From: Selaginella moellendorffii
Taxonomy: Eukaryota; Plantae; Lycopodiophyta
Direction: 5' to 3'
Length of the DNA: 64,000 bases
NCBI RefSeq assembly: GCF_000143415.4
Contig: NW_003314299.1
Span: 482,229-546,228, forward strand
The position numbers and the translations under genes were made by a program. How positions within the stretch are numbered: position 1 is the first letter of the stretch; each line of letters begins with the position of its first letter. Below the pieces are notes generated by a model that was given only the letters and a program-made list of their open reading frames with translations, made no database searches and was not told the DNA's origin. Positions 10,662 through 23,415 of the stretch are shown piece after piece.

Positions 10662-12280
10662 TTAACGGGCTGTGGCTCACCTGTTAACTTGATTCAACCG
10701 TTGGCAGCCGTCGGATTGGCCACAGCCCGTTAACTTGATTCAACTGTTGGCAGCCGTCGGATTGAGTCAGGTTCTCTGCGAGAATGTGGCTGACAATTGC
10801 CAGGTTCTCTAGAACCTAGCTGCCAGCTGCCAGGTTCTAGAGAACTAGGCTACCAGTTGCCAATTGTAGAGAACCCTCTCATCCTCCAATAACATTATTC
10901 CACGTGTCCGTTAACGGTCTCACCACAGCCCGTTAAGGCTGTTCTCGGGCACAGCCACGGTGACAGTATATTCAAATGAGGACATTGACTATTCCATTGT
11001 GTAGACCAGTTATTTTTACCAATCCTTCCATTGTGTAAACCAGCTATTCCATGTGAGGCACCAGAACTTAGTTGCCAGCTGCCAGGTTCTGGAGAACCAG
11101 GCTACCAGTTGCCAATTCTAGAGAACCCTCTCATCCTCCAATAACATTATTCCACATGTCCGTTAACGGTCTCGCCACAGCCCGTGTCCGTTAACGGTCT
11201 CGCCACAGCCCGTTAAGGCCGTTCCCGGGCACAGCCACGGTGACAGTATATTCAAATGAGGACATTGACTATTGACTACCATGTGAGGCAACTAATCATC
11301 CACTTGTACCGCAGTCCCACGGTGGATACCTTTGTTCGTGGATACTCCACACAGAAGGACGTACGCATGGATGCCCAATACGTACGATTCCATGTGAGGC
11401 AACTAGTCATCCACTCGTACCGCAGTCCCACGGTGGATACCTTCGTCCGTGGATACTCCACACAGAAGGACGTACGCATGGATGCCCAATACGTACGATT
11501 CCAGACATATGCATGGATGCCCAATACGTACGATTCCATGTGAGGCAATTAGTCATCCACTCGTACCGCAGTCCCACGGTGGATACCTTCGTCCGTGGAT
11601 ACTCCACACAGAAGGACGTACGCATGGATGCCCAATACATACGATTCCATGTAAGGCAACTAGTCATCCACTCGTACCGCAGTCCTACGGTGGATACCTT
11701 CGTCCGTAGATACTCCACACAGAAGGACGTACGCATGGATGCCCAATACGTATGATTCCAGACATATGCATGGATGCCCAATACGTACGATTCCATGTGA
11801 AGCAATTAGTCATCCACTCGTACCGCAGTCCCACGGTGGATACCTTCGTCCGTGGATACTCCATACAGAAGGACGTACGCATGGATGCCCAATACATACG
11901 ATTCCATGTAAGGCAACTAGTCATCCACTCGTACCGCAGTCCTACGGTGGATACCTTCGTCCGTGGATACTCCACACAGAAGGACATACGCATGGATGCC
12001 CAATATGTACGATTTCAAATTTAGGGGTAGGAATATACCTTGCTCAAGGGTATATTATACTTTTAAGTAACCACTAATCAATAGGAATCAAACCCGTGCC
12101 ATTTGCTCCGATACCAACTGTAGCGCACCTTATCTCTCTCCCCTTAAGCCAACTAGAAAAGGGGCAATTGCTTAATGAGAGAGCCCTTAGTGGCTATTTT
12201 ATCCCCATTTATCCCCCAAGGTTCCAAGGATCCACAGTGACAGTATATCCAAATCTCATCCCATGATTACATGCGCTACA
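10662..12280 (-). mobile_element. Non-autonomous short-LTR (TRIM-like) element, 3' LTR lost
   Basis: 162-bp LTR at 12119-12280 with perfect 9-bp terminal inverted repeats TGTAGCGCA/TGCGCTACA. PBS GCTCCGATACCA at 12105-12116. The interior is non-coding and repetitive. Confidence 0.75.
11279..12014. repeat. Six 111-bp tandem repeats with a 35-bp extra segment after units 2 and 4 (257-bp higher-order period)
   Basis: Units start at 11279, 11390, 11536, 11647, 11793 and 11904. The 35-bp segments are at 11501-11535 and 11758-11792. Confidence 0.95.
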
Positions 12281-14034
12281 ACGGCCCTGTCGTGGAGAAT
12301 CGCCGAGAACCACACCATGAGGAATGAGATCCCATCGATCCCCCACACGCCGGTGCTCATCACCAGCGGCAAGATTGTAACCTGGGAAACGGCGGGATGG
12401 AGGAAGGAGCCGACGCCGCCGAATCGATTCCATAACAACCACGCCGTGGTCAGATCGACGCGAATACCAGCGGCTGGGACGTTCTTGCTCGGTCAAAACG
12501 CTTCCTGTAGCCGATGCTTGCAACAAATGGGAGGAGAAGAAACATCCACAGTGCCAGTGCCCAAATTCTTCCCACAATTGGCACGCTGCTGGTGGTGGAG
12601 TTGTCCAGGCTCACCTTTCCCGGGAAGAATGCCAGGAACGCTAGGCTTGTGGCAGTGGTGTGGAGGATGAGCATCAGGAGAATTGTGAGCGCCCCAGAGC
12701 TCCATGAGCAAGAATTGTGCGAAATCCCTGATTTGTGGAAGAAATGCAGGAGGAAAAATGGTTGGAGCCAAGAACAAATTGCAACAGTTTGGAAACCAGA
12801 GAAGAAAGTGCACGCCACTGAGAGAATGGCCAACGGTGCCACCTTCTTCATGTCTCTTGGTGCTTGTTTAATTTATATTCTTATTATATTCATAAAAAAT
12901 TAAAATATTTATAAGGTGAAAGAAAAATACTATAAATATTTAGGGAATATACTTTAATTTATTGGTTTTAATTTTTTCACTCATAAAATTCGTTTGTAAT
13001 CAGTGCTTAATAGTATATCTTAAATATAGACTAAACGTCTAAAGTTAACTGAAATCCCTCAGAGGAAAAAAAAATTGTCCTACTTGACTTTCTTGTAATA
13101 CAAGACTCCTATCCCCTTCCCGATATTTACATCTTCTTTCCCACTTGTATTTTTTGGATTATAAAATATTAAAACCATGAAATAATTATATTTGTTTAAG
13201 CTGCTACCTAGAGGTCATTAATATTTGATATGGCCAAAGATAACTCACCATCATTTAAAAAAAAAATTTGATTTTTGGACTACAAATTTTTGAATTTTTG
13301 CTTTGTTCCCACCAAGTTGCAAAAGTTATTGAAAACAATCTAAAAAAATGTTATATTCAAACAGGGCTATTATTCTGATTTACATAAAAGTTTAATATAA
13401 AAAGAAAGAACCAATTATACTTTATTTTTCAATTAGTTAAAAATTTTGGGATATTTTGGATTAAATATTCTTAGGTTTGAATAATAATGCGTTAGATAAC
13501 TTCCCAGAAATTAAAATTATATTAGTTGGCTAGGGGAATCACACTATATGTTTAATAAACATCTAATAAAAGAGTGGGGTTCTCAAGGGAGTGCTACTTA
13601 AAAAAATGATCAAATATAAAAAGAAAAAGTTTATGAATAAGAATGCATATCTTTTTTCAATTAGTTAAAGATTTTGGGATATTATTGTGAAATATAGAAA
13701 GAAAGAGCATATGAATAAAACATTTCATTTTGCAACTGATTAAGGGTATTAGGATATTGAGTGTTAGGATAACCACTTTTAGCACTAACTTTGATATTTT
13801 AAAATATTCTACCATCTAATAATTAAATTCATTTTGTGTTTAAACACTTTTTTAGTATATTCTACTTTATTCTACTATTTAATTTGGATTGATCAATTAG
13901 GTTAATAAAAAATACTAAACAGTGTTACAAACAAATTATTCTTCTCATAATGAGTTTTTATTATTATCATTAAATATTATTTAATCTAGGCATGTTCTTA
14001 CAACAATCTTGAGTCCAATATTTTGGGTTGGATT

Positions 14035-15417
14035 ATGAACAGAAACTCTAACATTCATTTTATTCAATCCTGCAAAAGCCTTTATGAAGCAAGAGAGATT
14101 TACTTGAATCTTAAAAGGAATCATCCACTTTCTGATGATTCCTTCCTCAGCAACAAACTCATCCAGATGTTTGGCAAATATGGAAGCCCACAAGAGGCAC
14201 CCCAAATCTTTGATACCATCAAACACAAAGACTCCTTTTCGTGGGCTTTCACTCAAAACTCCCATCTTAAACATGCAAAAGAGATCTTCGACAAAATGCC
14301 GCAAAAGGATGTCTTTGCATGGACATCCATGCTCTTGGCATATGCCCGAAATGGGCATCTTGTCAATGCCCAAAAAACATTTGATGAGATGCCGCAACAC
14401 AGCCTTCTCTCATGGAGTGCAATCCTGTCAGTCCACGCACACAGCTGGGATCTAAAATATGCCGAAAGGATTATCTCCGGGATGCCCGAGTATGATCTCG
14501 TGTCTAGGAATTCCATTCTTGCGGCATACGCCCGGAACGGGCATGTAGAGGGAGCGAAACGTGTTTTCGATTCTATGGAGGCTCGTGACCTTGTGTCATG
14601 GACGACAATCTTGGTTGCCTTGTCGCAGGGCGGAGATTTGCACGGAGCAAAGCTTTTGTTTGATGCAATGCCGCAGCACGATCTCGTCGCCTGGACCACG
14701 ATGCTTGGCGCGTACGGACTGAACGAGGATGTCGATTCGGCACAAAGGATTTTCCGCGAGATGCCTGAGATAGATCTCGTTTCGTGCAAAACCGTGATGC
14801 GATGCTGCCGTGATGCTAGACAATCAAAGCTTATATTTGACTCCATGGCGCAGAGAGCTCTCTTGTCGTGGACAACAATGCTCGCTGTTCTTGCCAAGAA
14901 CAGCCCCGGGGAGGAAACCAAGAGCTTTTTCTATCAAATGCCGGAGCTTGATCTTACTTCCTGTACGATAATGTTGCTCTCACAACCCTCAGACTAGGAG
15001 CTTGTGAAGATTTTATCAAATGCCGCAGCTAGACCTGTGCTCTTGGAACTCTATTCTTTCGGCGTATGCTCAATCTGGGCATTGTGACTTTGCTTTAAGA
15101 CTCTTTAACGAGATGCCCGAAATGGATATGGTTTCGTGGAACACAATGTTAAATGCGTTTGTTCTAACTAGCAAACTACGTGAAGCTGCTTTACTCTTCA
15201 CGACGCCAAAGATCTAATCTTAAGCATGCCGTTCGTTCCCAGTGCTCTCGAGTGGACGTGCCTTCTCGGAGCATGCAAGAGCCACGAGGATTATAACAAT
15301 CTAATACTGGGAGACGATGTAGTGAGATCTGTAATGGACGTAGCCGACGCAACCCCCAAGACACCCTATGCTTTACTAGCAAATGTCTACACAAGCTCCC
15401 AAACAAAAAATCAATGA
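14035..15417 (+). pseudogene. PPR-A copy 2, premature stop and internal deletion
   Basis: Open to TAG at 14995-14997. About 380 bp is deleted near 15197, and the 3' end is fused to the peptide promoter. Confidence 0.88.
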
Positions 15418-15692
15418 TAGCGCGTGGACCTGGAGAAGTTTATGCAATCAGTGCCACGTCGTGACACTTCATCAGAGTGTTCAAGAAACGCAAGACATAA
15501 CACTACAAACTTGCAGTTGTCTATCCAATCTTTGAGGAATACGTGCATAAAATCTCGTCAAATTGTGCGTGAAGGAAGTTGCTTTGCTTGCTTCATATGG
15601 TCAGACCTTGTGGCCAATCAGATGTTCTCCTGCCTAGTATATAAGTGCAAGCCTCCTCGCATCGATCATACCTTTCTCTTGCGCAATCCAAG

Positions 15693-15872
15693 ATGTGTTT
15701 CGGTTTCTCTCAATCCTCTAGGCGAAAGCAGAGGCAAAGGCGCCCGTCTGCAGCAACAGGCGCCTTCGTGGGGGATGCCGGCAGTGGCGGAGCTTGTGCT
15801 GGCACTGGCGGCGGAGGCTGTGGTGGTGGTGGTGGTGGTGGCTGCGGAGGCGGCGGCGGCGGAGCCTGCTAA
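15693..15872 (+). CDS. Small Gly/Cys-rich peptide (MCFGF...), copy 2
   Basis: Intact ORF with only in-frame indels relative to copy 1. Confidence 0.7.
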   Translation: MCFGFSQSSRRKQRQRRPSAATGAFVGDAGSGGACAGTGGGGCGGGGGGGCGGGGGGAC

Positions 15873-16189
15873 ATACTCTGTATGAGAAATAGCCATGCAT
15901 ATGAATGTTTGTAAATATACATATTCCTGGGTTTTCCAATTGAACTTGTTTGTTTTTCTACAGCCAAGGATTGAGCTGGCCACGACCTTAGCACTGTTTC
16001 GGAACTAGTAAGTAGAATCTCGTAGAATCTATTCAGCAATTCTATGTACTTCAGGTACTATAGTGATTCAAGTAAAATCCAAAAAAAGGGAAACATCCAA
16101 CTTACAATACAACGTTTTGAGCGCTCTTCTCTTGTCTTCTCTCGAGTAAAAGCTTTGATTCTTCTAGCTCTCTCTCGCCTCCTGTTTTC

Positions 16190-17665
16190 TTACGATTCGC
16201 GTCGGGTTCTCCTTTGACGGGCGCCCTCGCCTTCCTTCTCAATCTCGTTGCCACCCGCGTCGTCCTCCGCCTTGTCCTTGGAATCGTCCGGGCTGGAGAT
16301 GTCTTCCTTCTTGGACTTCTCTACAGTCACCTACGCAAGACAAACAACCATGACAGTCCAAAACTCGCGCAGGGTATTGCTAATTGTACCTTCGTCTTCT
16401 TGGGGGGCGATTTCTTGCCACCAAAAAGAATCTTAAACAGCGTGACCACCAAGACGAGCGGGATCACAGCTATGGCGCTCAAAGAAATGGTTGGGAACTT
16501 CTCGGCCTTCTCCAGAAGATCCTGTCACAAACGAAAAGAAAGTTAGAATACGAGACAAAGTCCATGCTCATGTGTTTTACTTACAAGAATCTTTTCCTTC
16601 TGTGACGCCAAAGCCGGGATGTCGGCAACCTTGCGCAGGTACTCAAACATCTTTGCCTGAAAAGATTCAAGGTCGTCACACACACAAAGAAAAAAAAAAA
16701 CGACAAAAGAACACAAAGGAAAAGTACCTGGATGCCGTCAGGACTCGGAGTCGCTTCTTCAATTTTTTGCTTCTCCTTCTCAGCCTTGTACTTGGGCTTC
16801 CATTTCGTCTCCCTGTACTCTGCTGCCACAGCCTCTTCGGTCGCCACCAGGATGTTGTCAAAAAGAATGCCGTCCTGCATCGTCCAGATCTCGATCCCAA
16901 TCGCCGAGATCGGCTCTAGATCCGGCTTGTCCAACTCGAAGTACTCCGGGTTCGGTATTTGCTTCGGAGCCCAGATCCCCTTGTAAGCCGGGTTGTCGAT
17001 CATCGGAGGATACCACTTCCCCTTGTAGTCCGGGTTCCTCTTCATGGGCCTCTTCCATTCTCCACACCCAGACGCTTCCTCACACTTTGGGTTGCTGATC
17101 TTCGGGGGCTCCCACTCGCCATCCTCCTCGTCGTCCCAGTCCGCGGGCTTGCTAGCTTCCGGATCGTCAACCTCGTCCGGCGGGCTTGACCGCCTCCGCG
17201 TCCTCGATCTCCAGTGGAGCGTCCTCGTCCCAATCCTTGGGCTTGGTCGCTTCCGGATCGGGGATCTTCGCCCGCTCGTCCCAGTCCTGGGGCTTCTTGT
17301 CGTCGGGATCGGGGATGGTCTTGGGCGGGATCACGGCCGGCTCGAAGTCGCTCGCGAGGAGGTCGACGCTCTTCTCCTCCTTGCCGTCGACGAGGATCTT
17401 GAGCGTGTTCGGGTAGATCACTGCCGTGTAGACGTGAGAGAGCTTGTCAGCCACTGGCGATGGCGGGTACTTGAGGTGATGCTCGATGTGCTTGTCGGAT
17501 TTGGGGCCCTTGTGCTTGTAGATGAAGTGCACCTTGTTGGTGGTGCCACATTTGTCCAGCCCAAACATGATTGAGTAGGGGGATTCGTTGCTGAAATTGC
17601 CGGGCGTCCATTGTAGGAGAAGGAACTTGAGATAGGCGATGCCACATTCTAATCCCTTCTGGAAT
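16190..17665 (-). pseudogene. CNX: Calnexin homolog copy 2, 5'-truncated and frameshifted
   Basis: Frameshifting deletion in the P-domain at ~17181. Homology starts at FQKGLECGIAYLK. Confidence 0.88.
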
Positions 17666-18042
17666 TATAGAGATTGGGTTTAAACCTTAGTCAAACAGAC
17701 AATGAGTTAAATTATGTTTTAAGTCCCATTATCCTTATTATGCTCATCAAACTCAAAAGCTCAAGAGTGGTTATGTGGTGAAAAACTTTAAGAGAATATT
17801 AGATTTTGTATTTTTACACTAGATATTAAAGCTTAATTTAATTTTGATGGCTGACAAATATAGACGGAAAACCAAGGTTGGTAAACCTTAAGAGAAGTAC
17901 CATAGTGACCAGAGGATAGCTTAAATATGATTGTAGATATTTGACAAAATGATATGTTAAAGTTTAGTATTGTGGAGTTCACTATTGTATGTCTATGCAG
18001 GATCAAGAGATATGGACTTTGACATGACGATTTTTCGATAAA

Positions 18043-18684
18043 ATGCCATACCAACAGCTAGTTTCTTGGAACACCATGCTTGATGCTTATGCCCAAAACG
18101 GGTATATGGTAGAAGCAAGGGTCATGTTCAATGCAATGGTGGAGAAGGACGTAATTTCTTGGACTAGAATGCTTGCTGCCTATGGCCTTAGTGGCCAGAG
18201 TTCACTTGCAAGAAAAACTTTTGCCCAGATGCCAGGGAAGAATGAAGTTTCATGGGATGCAATGCTCACTGCATGTACCCAAGCAGGGGATTTTGTTTCT
18301 GTGTTTGAGTTGTTTCACACTATGCAGCTGGCCGGCATTTACAACCAAGTTGGATTTGTCTCCACTCTCAATGCTCACGGCCAAGTTGGGAGTGTTAAAT
18401 GTGCTAGAAGTTGCTTTGTTTCGATGGCTTTTGACTGTGGCATTCAGCCATGTCACCAGCATTACTCCTGCATAATCGATGGCTTGGCAAGAGCTGGTTA
18501 CATCGACAATGCAAGAGAACTCATTGGAAACATGCCATTTGTTCCCATTTCTTTGGATTGGCTGTGCCTTTTAGCTGCATGTCGGAGCCTCGAGTGTGGA
18601 ACCTGCGTATCAAAATGGGTGTCTGGAATTGCGAGCAGCAGAGCTATGTATCCTCTCCTGGCAAATGTATGGGCTTGGCATTGA
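18043..18684 (+). CDS. PPR-B copy 2 (213-aa open frame; may be a pseudogene)
   Basis: Highly similar to 8144-8839. An upstream in-frame TGA shortens it. Confidence 0.62.
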   Translation: MPYQQLVSWNTMLDAYAQNGYMVEARVMFNAMVEKDVISWTRMLAAYGLSGQSSLARKTFAQMPGKNEVSWDAMLTACTQAGDFVSVFELFHTMQLAGIYNQVGFVSTLNAHGQVGSVKCARSCFVSMAFDCGIQPCHQHYSCIIDGLARAGYIDNARELIGNMPFVPISLDWLCLLAACRSLECGTCVSKWVSGIASSRAMYPLLANVWAWH

Positions 18685-19357
18685 TAGAATCTAAGGAAAA
18701 AATAAACTGCTGCCTGGATTATGTTGTCAAATTGCTCGAGAATTTGAGACTAGAAGTACCAATTGCGTTTCATGCTTACAAAATGGGAAAAATACAAATC
18801 ATTTGTCTATATAACACCCATCATTCCCAGGATGTGAGCGTGGACCTCCTGGACCAAATCATCAGAGGCTCTGAGAGATCGTGAGCAACTTCAATCAGAC
18901 AGATACCTTGCAATACCTAGCGATTGAGGTGTGTGGAAAGTGCAGCAGGCGAAAATTGTGTTTGATGATCCGCCTGAGGGAATGTGTTTGATTCTATGCG
19001 AATGTTCTCAAAACTCGTCATGGAAAACTAGAAAACGATCAATGTTTAATGCCTGACGACGATACTTGCTGCCATGATAGGTACTAACAAAGCAAATATT
19101 TCTTTGCCCCACGATGCTCACACGTCGGAGCGATGGAGATACGCGATGCCCTCGTCATGGCAGCGTGGGGCTGCCTTCTTTGCAATCGATACTCCAGCTG
19201 ACTCGATCCAACGCCTTGGACTCCTCCAAATCATGTGGTGCTTCGGTATCCGGCCTAGTGTCGCTGTACCAAAGGACGATTAAGTCAATGCAAATGCTAC
19301 GTCCATTTCACCCATGTTTTGTATACACTTCCTTACAGATTGGGCTTCACAAGAATC

Positions 19358-21103
19358 TTAGACAAGCACGCTTGATTCCTCTGACAACAGCACGCAACGT
19401 AGCTCCGACCTCTCAAACTCCTTGAAGGATCGGTCACCAGTGATGTAGAACACAAAGGCGGGAGGGGACTTGTCAAGGATGTACATCACGGCTCCAAGAG
19501 GGAGGCAGAGCATGGAGACGTGTACCGCAGCGAGTGCTGCCACTAGCCAAGCGTAAAGAAAGCCATAGCTTGGGTAAAGTGTCCAGGCCTTCCCGGGTAC
19601 TGGGAGTGCCATGGCGAAGACCGAGTCAGAGATACCTTCCCTGCCAAAGAAACAGAAGAATATTAGAGAGCTTTGATTGATCAAAACTGTCACACCTGTA
19701 ATCGAATGTCTGGAGATATGGATCTACAACCGCTGAAACGCCTCCCGTGGAGCATCGAAACCAACTAAAGCCATTCTCCACAACACGGAAAGCATCGGCC
19801 TCTATCACCCGGGGACCAGTTGGTCCCCAAGTCGCGGCTGGTTGGAGCATGATATCAATCCTAGCACATTCACGAGAAATTTAGAGAACACCGTCATAAC
19901 TTCGCTCTACCTCTTTTTCCCGGCCTGCCGCATCAGGTCTGGAAACTCGAAATCATAACAAATAGCTCCTCCAATCCACCCGAGCTCGGTCTTGATGGCA
20001 GGAAGAATGGGATCCCCTGGAGTTCCATACCACTCCATGAATGGAACCAAGTGGGATTTCCTGTAGCTAAATCCAATGGAGCCATCGGGAAGAACGAGGT
20101 CGAAATAGTTCCCGACGCTCGCGTCCTTGTACTCGTAAGTGATGCCAACGTAGGCACCGTGCTGGGAAGCGATCTGTCCGGCTTTGAATTGGAGAGAATC
20201 CCTCTCCTGTTTGAGGTCGAGTTTCACCGCAGCCTCGGACCAGAGGACCAATCGATCGCCGGCTCGGAGGCGCTGGCTCGTCCTGTTGAGCATCACATCC
20301 ATGTCCTCGTAGAAGAGGAGCTTGCCCAGGACGCAAGAGACCGGCACTGTTTTCTTCATCGTGAGGGCGATGTCCTTCTGGAAGAAATCCCCCGAGAAAA
20401 TGGAGACCCTGGCGCTGCCGTAGAACAAGATCGAGAGAGCAATGGCTCCAAACGCCAGGGAGTGGCCGCGATGCAGCTGCGTAGCACGCTTCTTGTCGGA
20501 TTTCTCCATCTTGGAAAGATTCTCGTCGAGAACGGCCCTGTCGTGGAGAATCGCCGAGAACCACGCCATGAGGAATGCGATCCCATCGATCCCCCACACG
20601 CCGGCGCTCATCACCAGCGGCAAGATTGTAACCTGGGAAACGGCCGGATGGAGGAAGGAGCCGACGCCGCCGAATCGATTCCACAACAACCACGCCGTGG
20701 TCCAGATCGACGCGAATACCAGCGGCTGGGAGATTCTTGCTCGATCAAAACGCTTCCTGTAGCCGATGCTTGCAAGAAATGGGAGGAGAAGAAACATCCA
20801 CAGCAACAGTGCCCAGATTATTCCCACAATTGGCACCCTGCTGGCCTTGGAGTTGTCCGGGCTCACCTTTCCCGGGAAGAATGCCAAGAATGCCAGGCTC
20901 GCGGCGGTGGTCTGGAGGAGGAGCGCCAGGAGAATTGTGAGCGCTGCGGAGCGCCATGAGCAAGAATTGCGCGAAATCCCTGACTTGAGGAAGAAATGCA
21001 AGAGGAGAAATGGCTGGAGCCAAGAACAAATGGCAACGTTTTGGAATCCGGAGAAGATGGTGCATGCAGCCGAGAAAATGACCAACAGTGCCACCTTCGT
21101 CAT
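19358..21103 (-). CDS. Apolipoprotein N-acyltransferase (Lnt)-like membrane carbon-nitrogen hydrolase; join(19358..19640,19696..19860,19911..21103), 546 aa, intact
   Basis: Multi-TM N-terminus. Catalytic triad motifs LVLWSE (Glu), YRKSHLVPFME (Lys) and GAICYD (Cys), plus FRVVENG...RCSTGGVSAVVDP and TLY..YG followed by a TM. The two GT-AG introns (50 and 55 bp) splice in frame to 1641 nt. Confidence 0.85.
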
Positions 21104-22484
21104 GTCTCTTGGTGCTTGTTTGAATGTAGGTGGTAATTTATATTCTTATTATATTCATCAAAAATTAAATTATTTATAAGGTGAAAGGATTATATAATAA
21201 ATATTTAGGTATATTTTAGAATATACTTTAATCTAGCAGTTTTAATTTTTTCACTCATAAAATCCTTTTGTAATCAGTGTTTAATACTATATCTTAAATA
21301 TAGACCAAACCTCTGAAGTTAACTGAAAAAACTTAATTTACTTGTAATACAAGACTCCTATCCCTTTACCCATATTTACATCTTCTTTCCCACTTGTTTT
21401 TTTTGGATTATAAAAATTAAAACCATGAAATAATTATATTTGTTTAAGCTGCCACTTAGTCATTAATGTTTTGATATGGCCATGAGATAACTCACCATCA
21501 TTTAAAAAATTCTTTTGATTCTTGGATTGCAAATCTTTAATTTTTTGCTTTGTTCCCACCAAGTTGCAAAAGCTATTGGAAGTAATCCAAAAAAATATTA
21601 TGTTCAATTGTTCCTAGAACACACTAGTTGCATAAAGTTTTTAACTTATTTGTAAATTATGAGTAATCAAAGAGAATGACTTGCATAAAAGTTCAAATAT
21701 AACGAGAAAGAATCATTTTTCAATTAGTTAAGAAATTTAAAATATTTAGGGTTAAATATTGTAAATAATAATGGGTTAGATGACTTCCCGGAAATCTAAA
21801 TTCTATTGATTAACTACAGGAATTATACTATATATTTGATTAACATTTAACAAAAGAATCAGGCTCTCATATGAATGTTACTTAAGAGATGATCAAATAT
21901 AGAAGGAAATGCATAAAAATGTATATTTTTTTCAATTGGTTAAGGATGAAATATAGAAAGAAAGAGCATATGAATAAAATATTATATTCCAATTGATTAA
22001 GGGTATTGGGATATTGGGTCTTAGGATAACCACCTTTACCACTAACTTTGATATTTTAAGATATTCTACCATTTAATAATTAGATTGGTTTTCTATTTAA
22101 ACACTTTTTTAGTATATTCTAGTTTATTCTGCTTTTAAGTTGGATAATACTAAACATGTGAGGTCCAAGTGTATGGCTATGATGTTGTATACTAATATTA
22201 GCATAGTGGGATTTTGGTAGTCATCAGATTAGTTTCAATTTAGACCACTCGCTTTTATATATAAACTAAGGTTTTTGGGTTAATTGATATGCACATTTTT
22301 TGTATTCCCTTTTCATATTCCATGTATTTACATTGCCATATTCCATACCCTCATATTGGTGGGGGTGAGGGGCATTTTTTATTGTTTTGAGTGTTTGGAT
22401 TTAGGATTTTGGTTTAAATTTAAATTTTGCATCATCTAGATCTAGCTTTTCCATTTTCTTTCTTCTATTCTTTCCTTTTGTTTA

Positions 22485-22941
22485 GATCGTCAACCTCGTC
22501 CGGCGGGCTTGACCGCCTCCGCGTCCTCGATCTCCAGTGGAGCGTCCTCGTCCCAATCCTTGGGCTTGGTCGCTTCCGGATCGGGGATCTTCGCCCACTC
22601 GTCCCAGTCCTGGGGCTTCTTGTCGTCGGGATCGGGGATGGTCTTGGGCGGGATCACGGCTGGCTCGAAGTCACTCACGAGGAGGTTGACGCTCTTCTCC
22701 TCCTTGCCGTCGACGAGGATCTTGAGCGTGTTGTTCGGGTAGATCACTGTTGTGTAGACGTGAGAGAGCTTGTCAGCCACTGGCGATGGCAAGTACTTGA
22801 GGTGATGCTCGATGTGCTTGTAGATGAAGTGGATGTTGTTGGTGGTGCCGCATTTGTCTGGCCCAAACATGATTGAGTAGGGGGATTCGTTGCTGAAATT
22901 GCCGGGCGTCCATCCAGCCTCTTGCAGGAGAAGGAACTTGA
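22485..22941 (-). pseudogene. CNX: Calnexin fragment, copy 3
   Basis: FGPDKCG...[10 protein letters not shown]. It shares the copy-2 deletion, and its 3' half is replaced by unrelated sequence. Confidence 0.85.
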
Positions 22942-23415
22942 AAAGTTCAAAAGCTCGGGGGTAGTTAGGTGGTGAAGAACCTTAAGAGGAGATTAAATCT
23001 TTTATTTTCACACTAACATTAATATTGAAACCCAATTCAATTCTCATAGCTAACAATTGTAGAGAATTAAAGTTTGGCAAACCCTAAAAGAAGTAAAGAG
23101 ATAATCGTAGATGATCATTCCTTGGCAAAAGGAGGATTCTTAAGCACCAAATAGGATAGAAAAAATTTATAAACAAAACCCTCTTTTGGAAAGAATGCAC
23201 ATTTTAAGCTTTTACCTGAGTTAAAGTAATGACAAATAATCTTTGAAACAATAACAAAAACTTATTAAATATAAAATAACATTAAATTGCAATTTTGGAT
23301 GCAAGAATAACAAAATGTATATTTAACAAAATGCCATGTTAGAATTTAGTATTGTTGCTATATGTCTATGCAGGATCAAGAGATATGGACTTGACAATGA
23401 TGATTTTTCGATAAA

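Larger units (their letters stand above)
9522..12851 (-). pseudogene. Lnt-like gene copy 1, split by an insertion and carrying small deletions
   Basis: Collinear with 19358-21103 but interrupted at 10662-12280. There is a frameshifting deletion near 10185 (LVPL-VWN). Confidence 0.9.

Noticed and set aside
11279-12014. CRISPR array or repetitive protein (MDAQYVRF...)
   Set aside because: There are no unique spacers, the context is eukaryotic, and the ORFs arise because the 111-bp unit is a multiple of 3.
12119-12280. Cassandra element with 5S rRNA in the LTR
   Set aside because: No recognisable 5S rRNA sequence in the LTR.
20051-20959. 302-aa + strand ORF, and similar antisense ORFs over calnexin and PPR copies
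   Set aside because: These are shadow frames of GC-rich coding sequence with no recognisable motifs.
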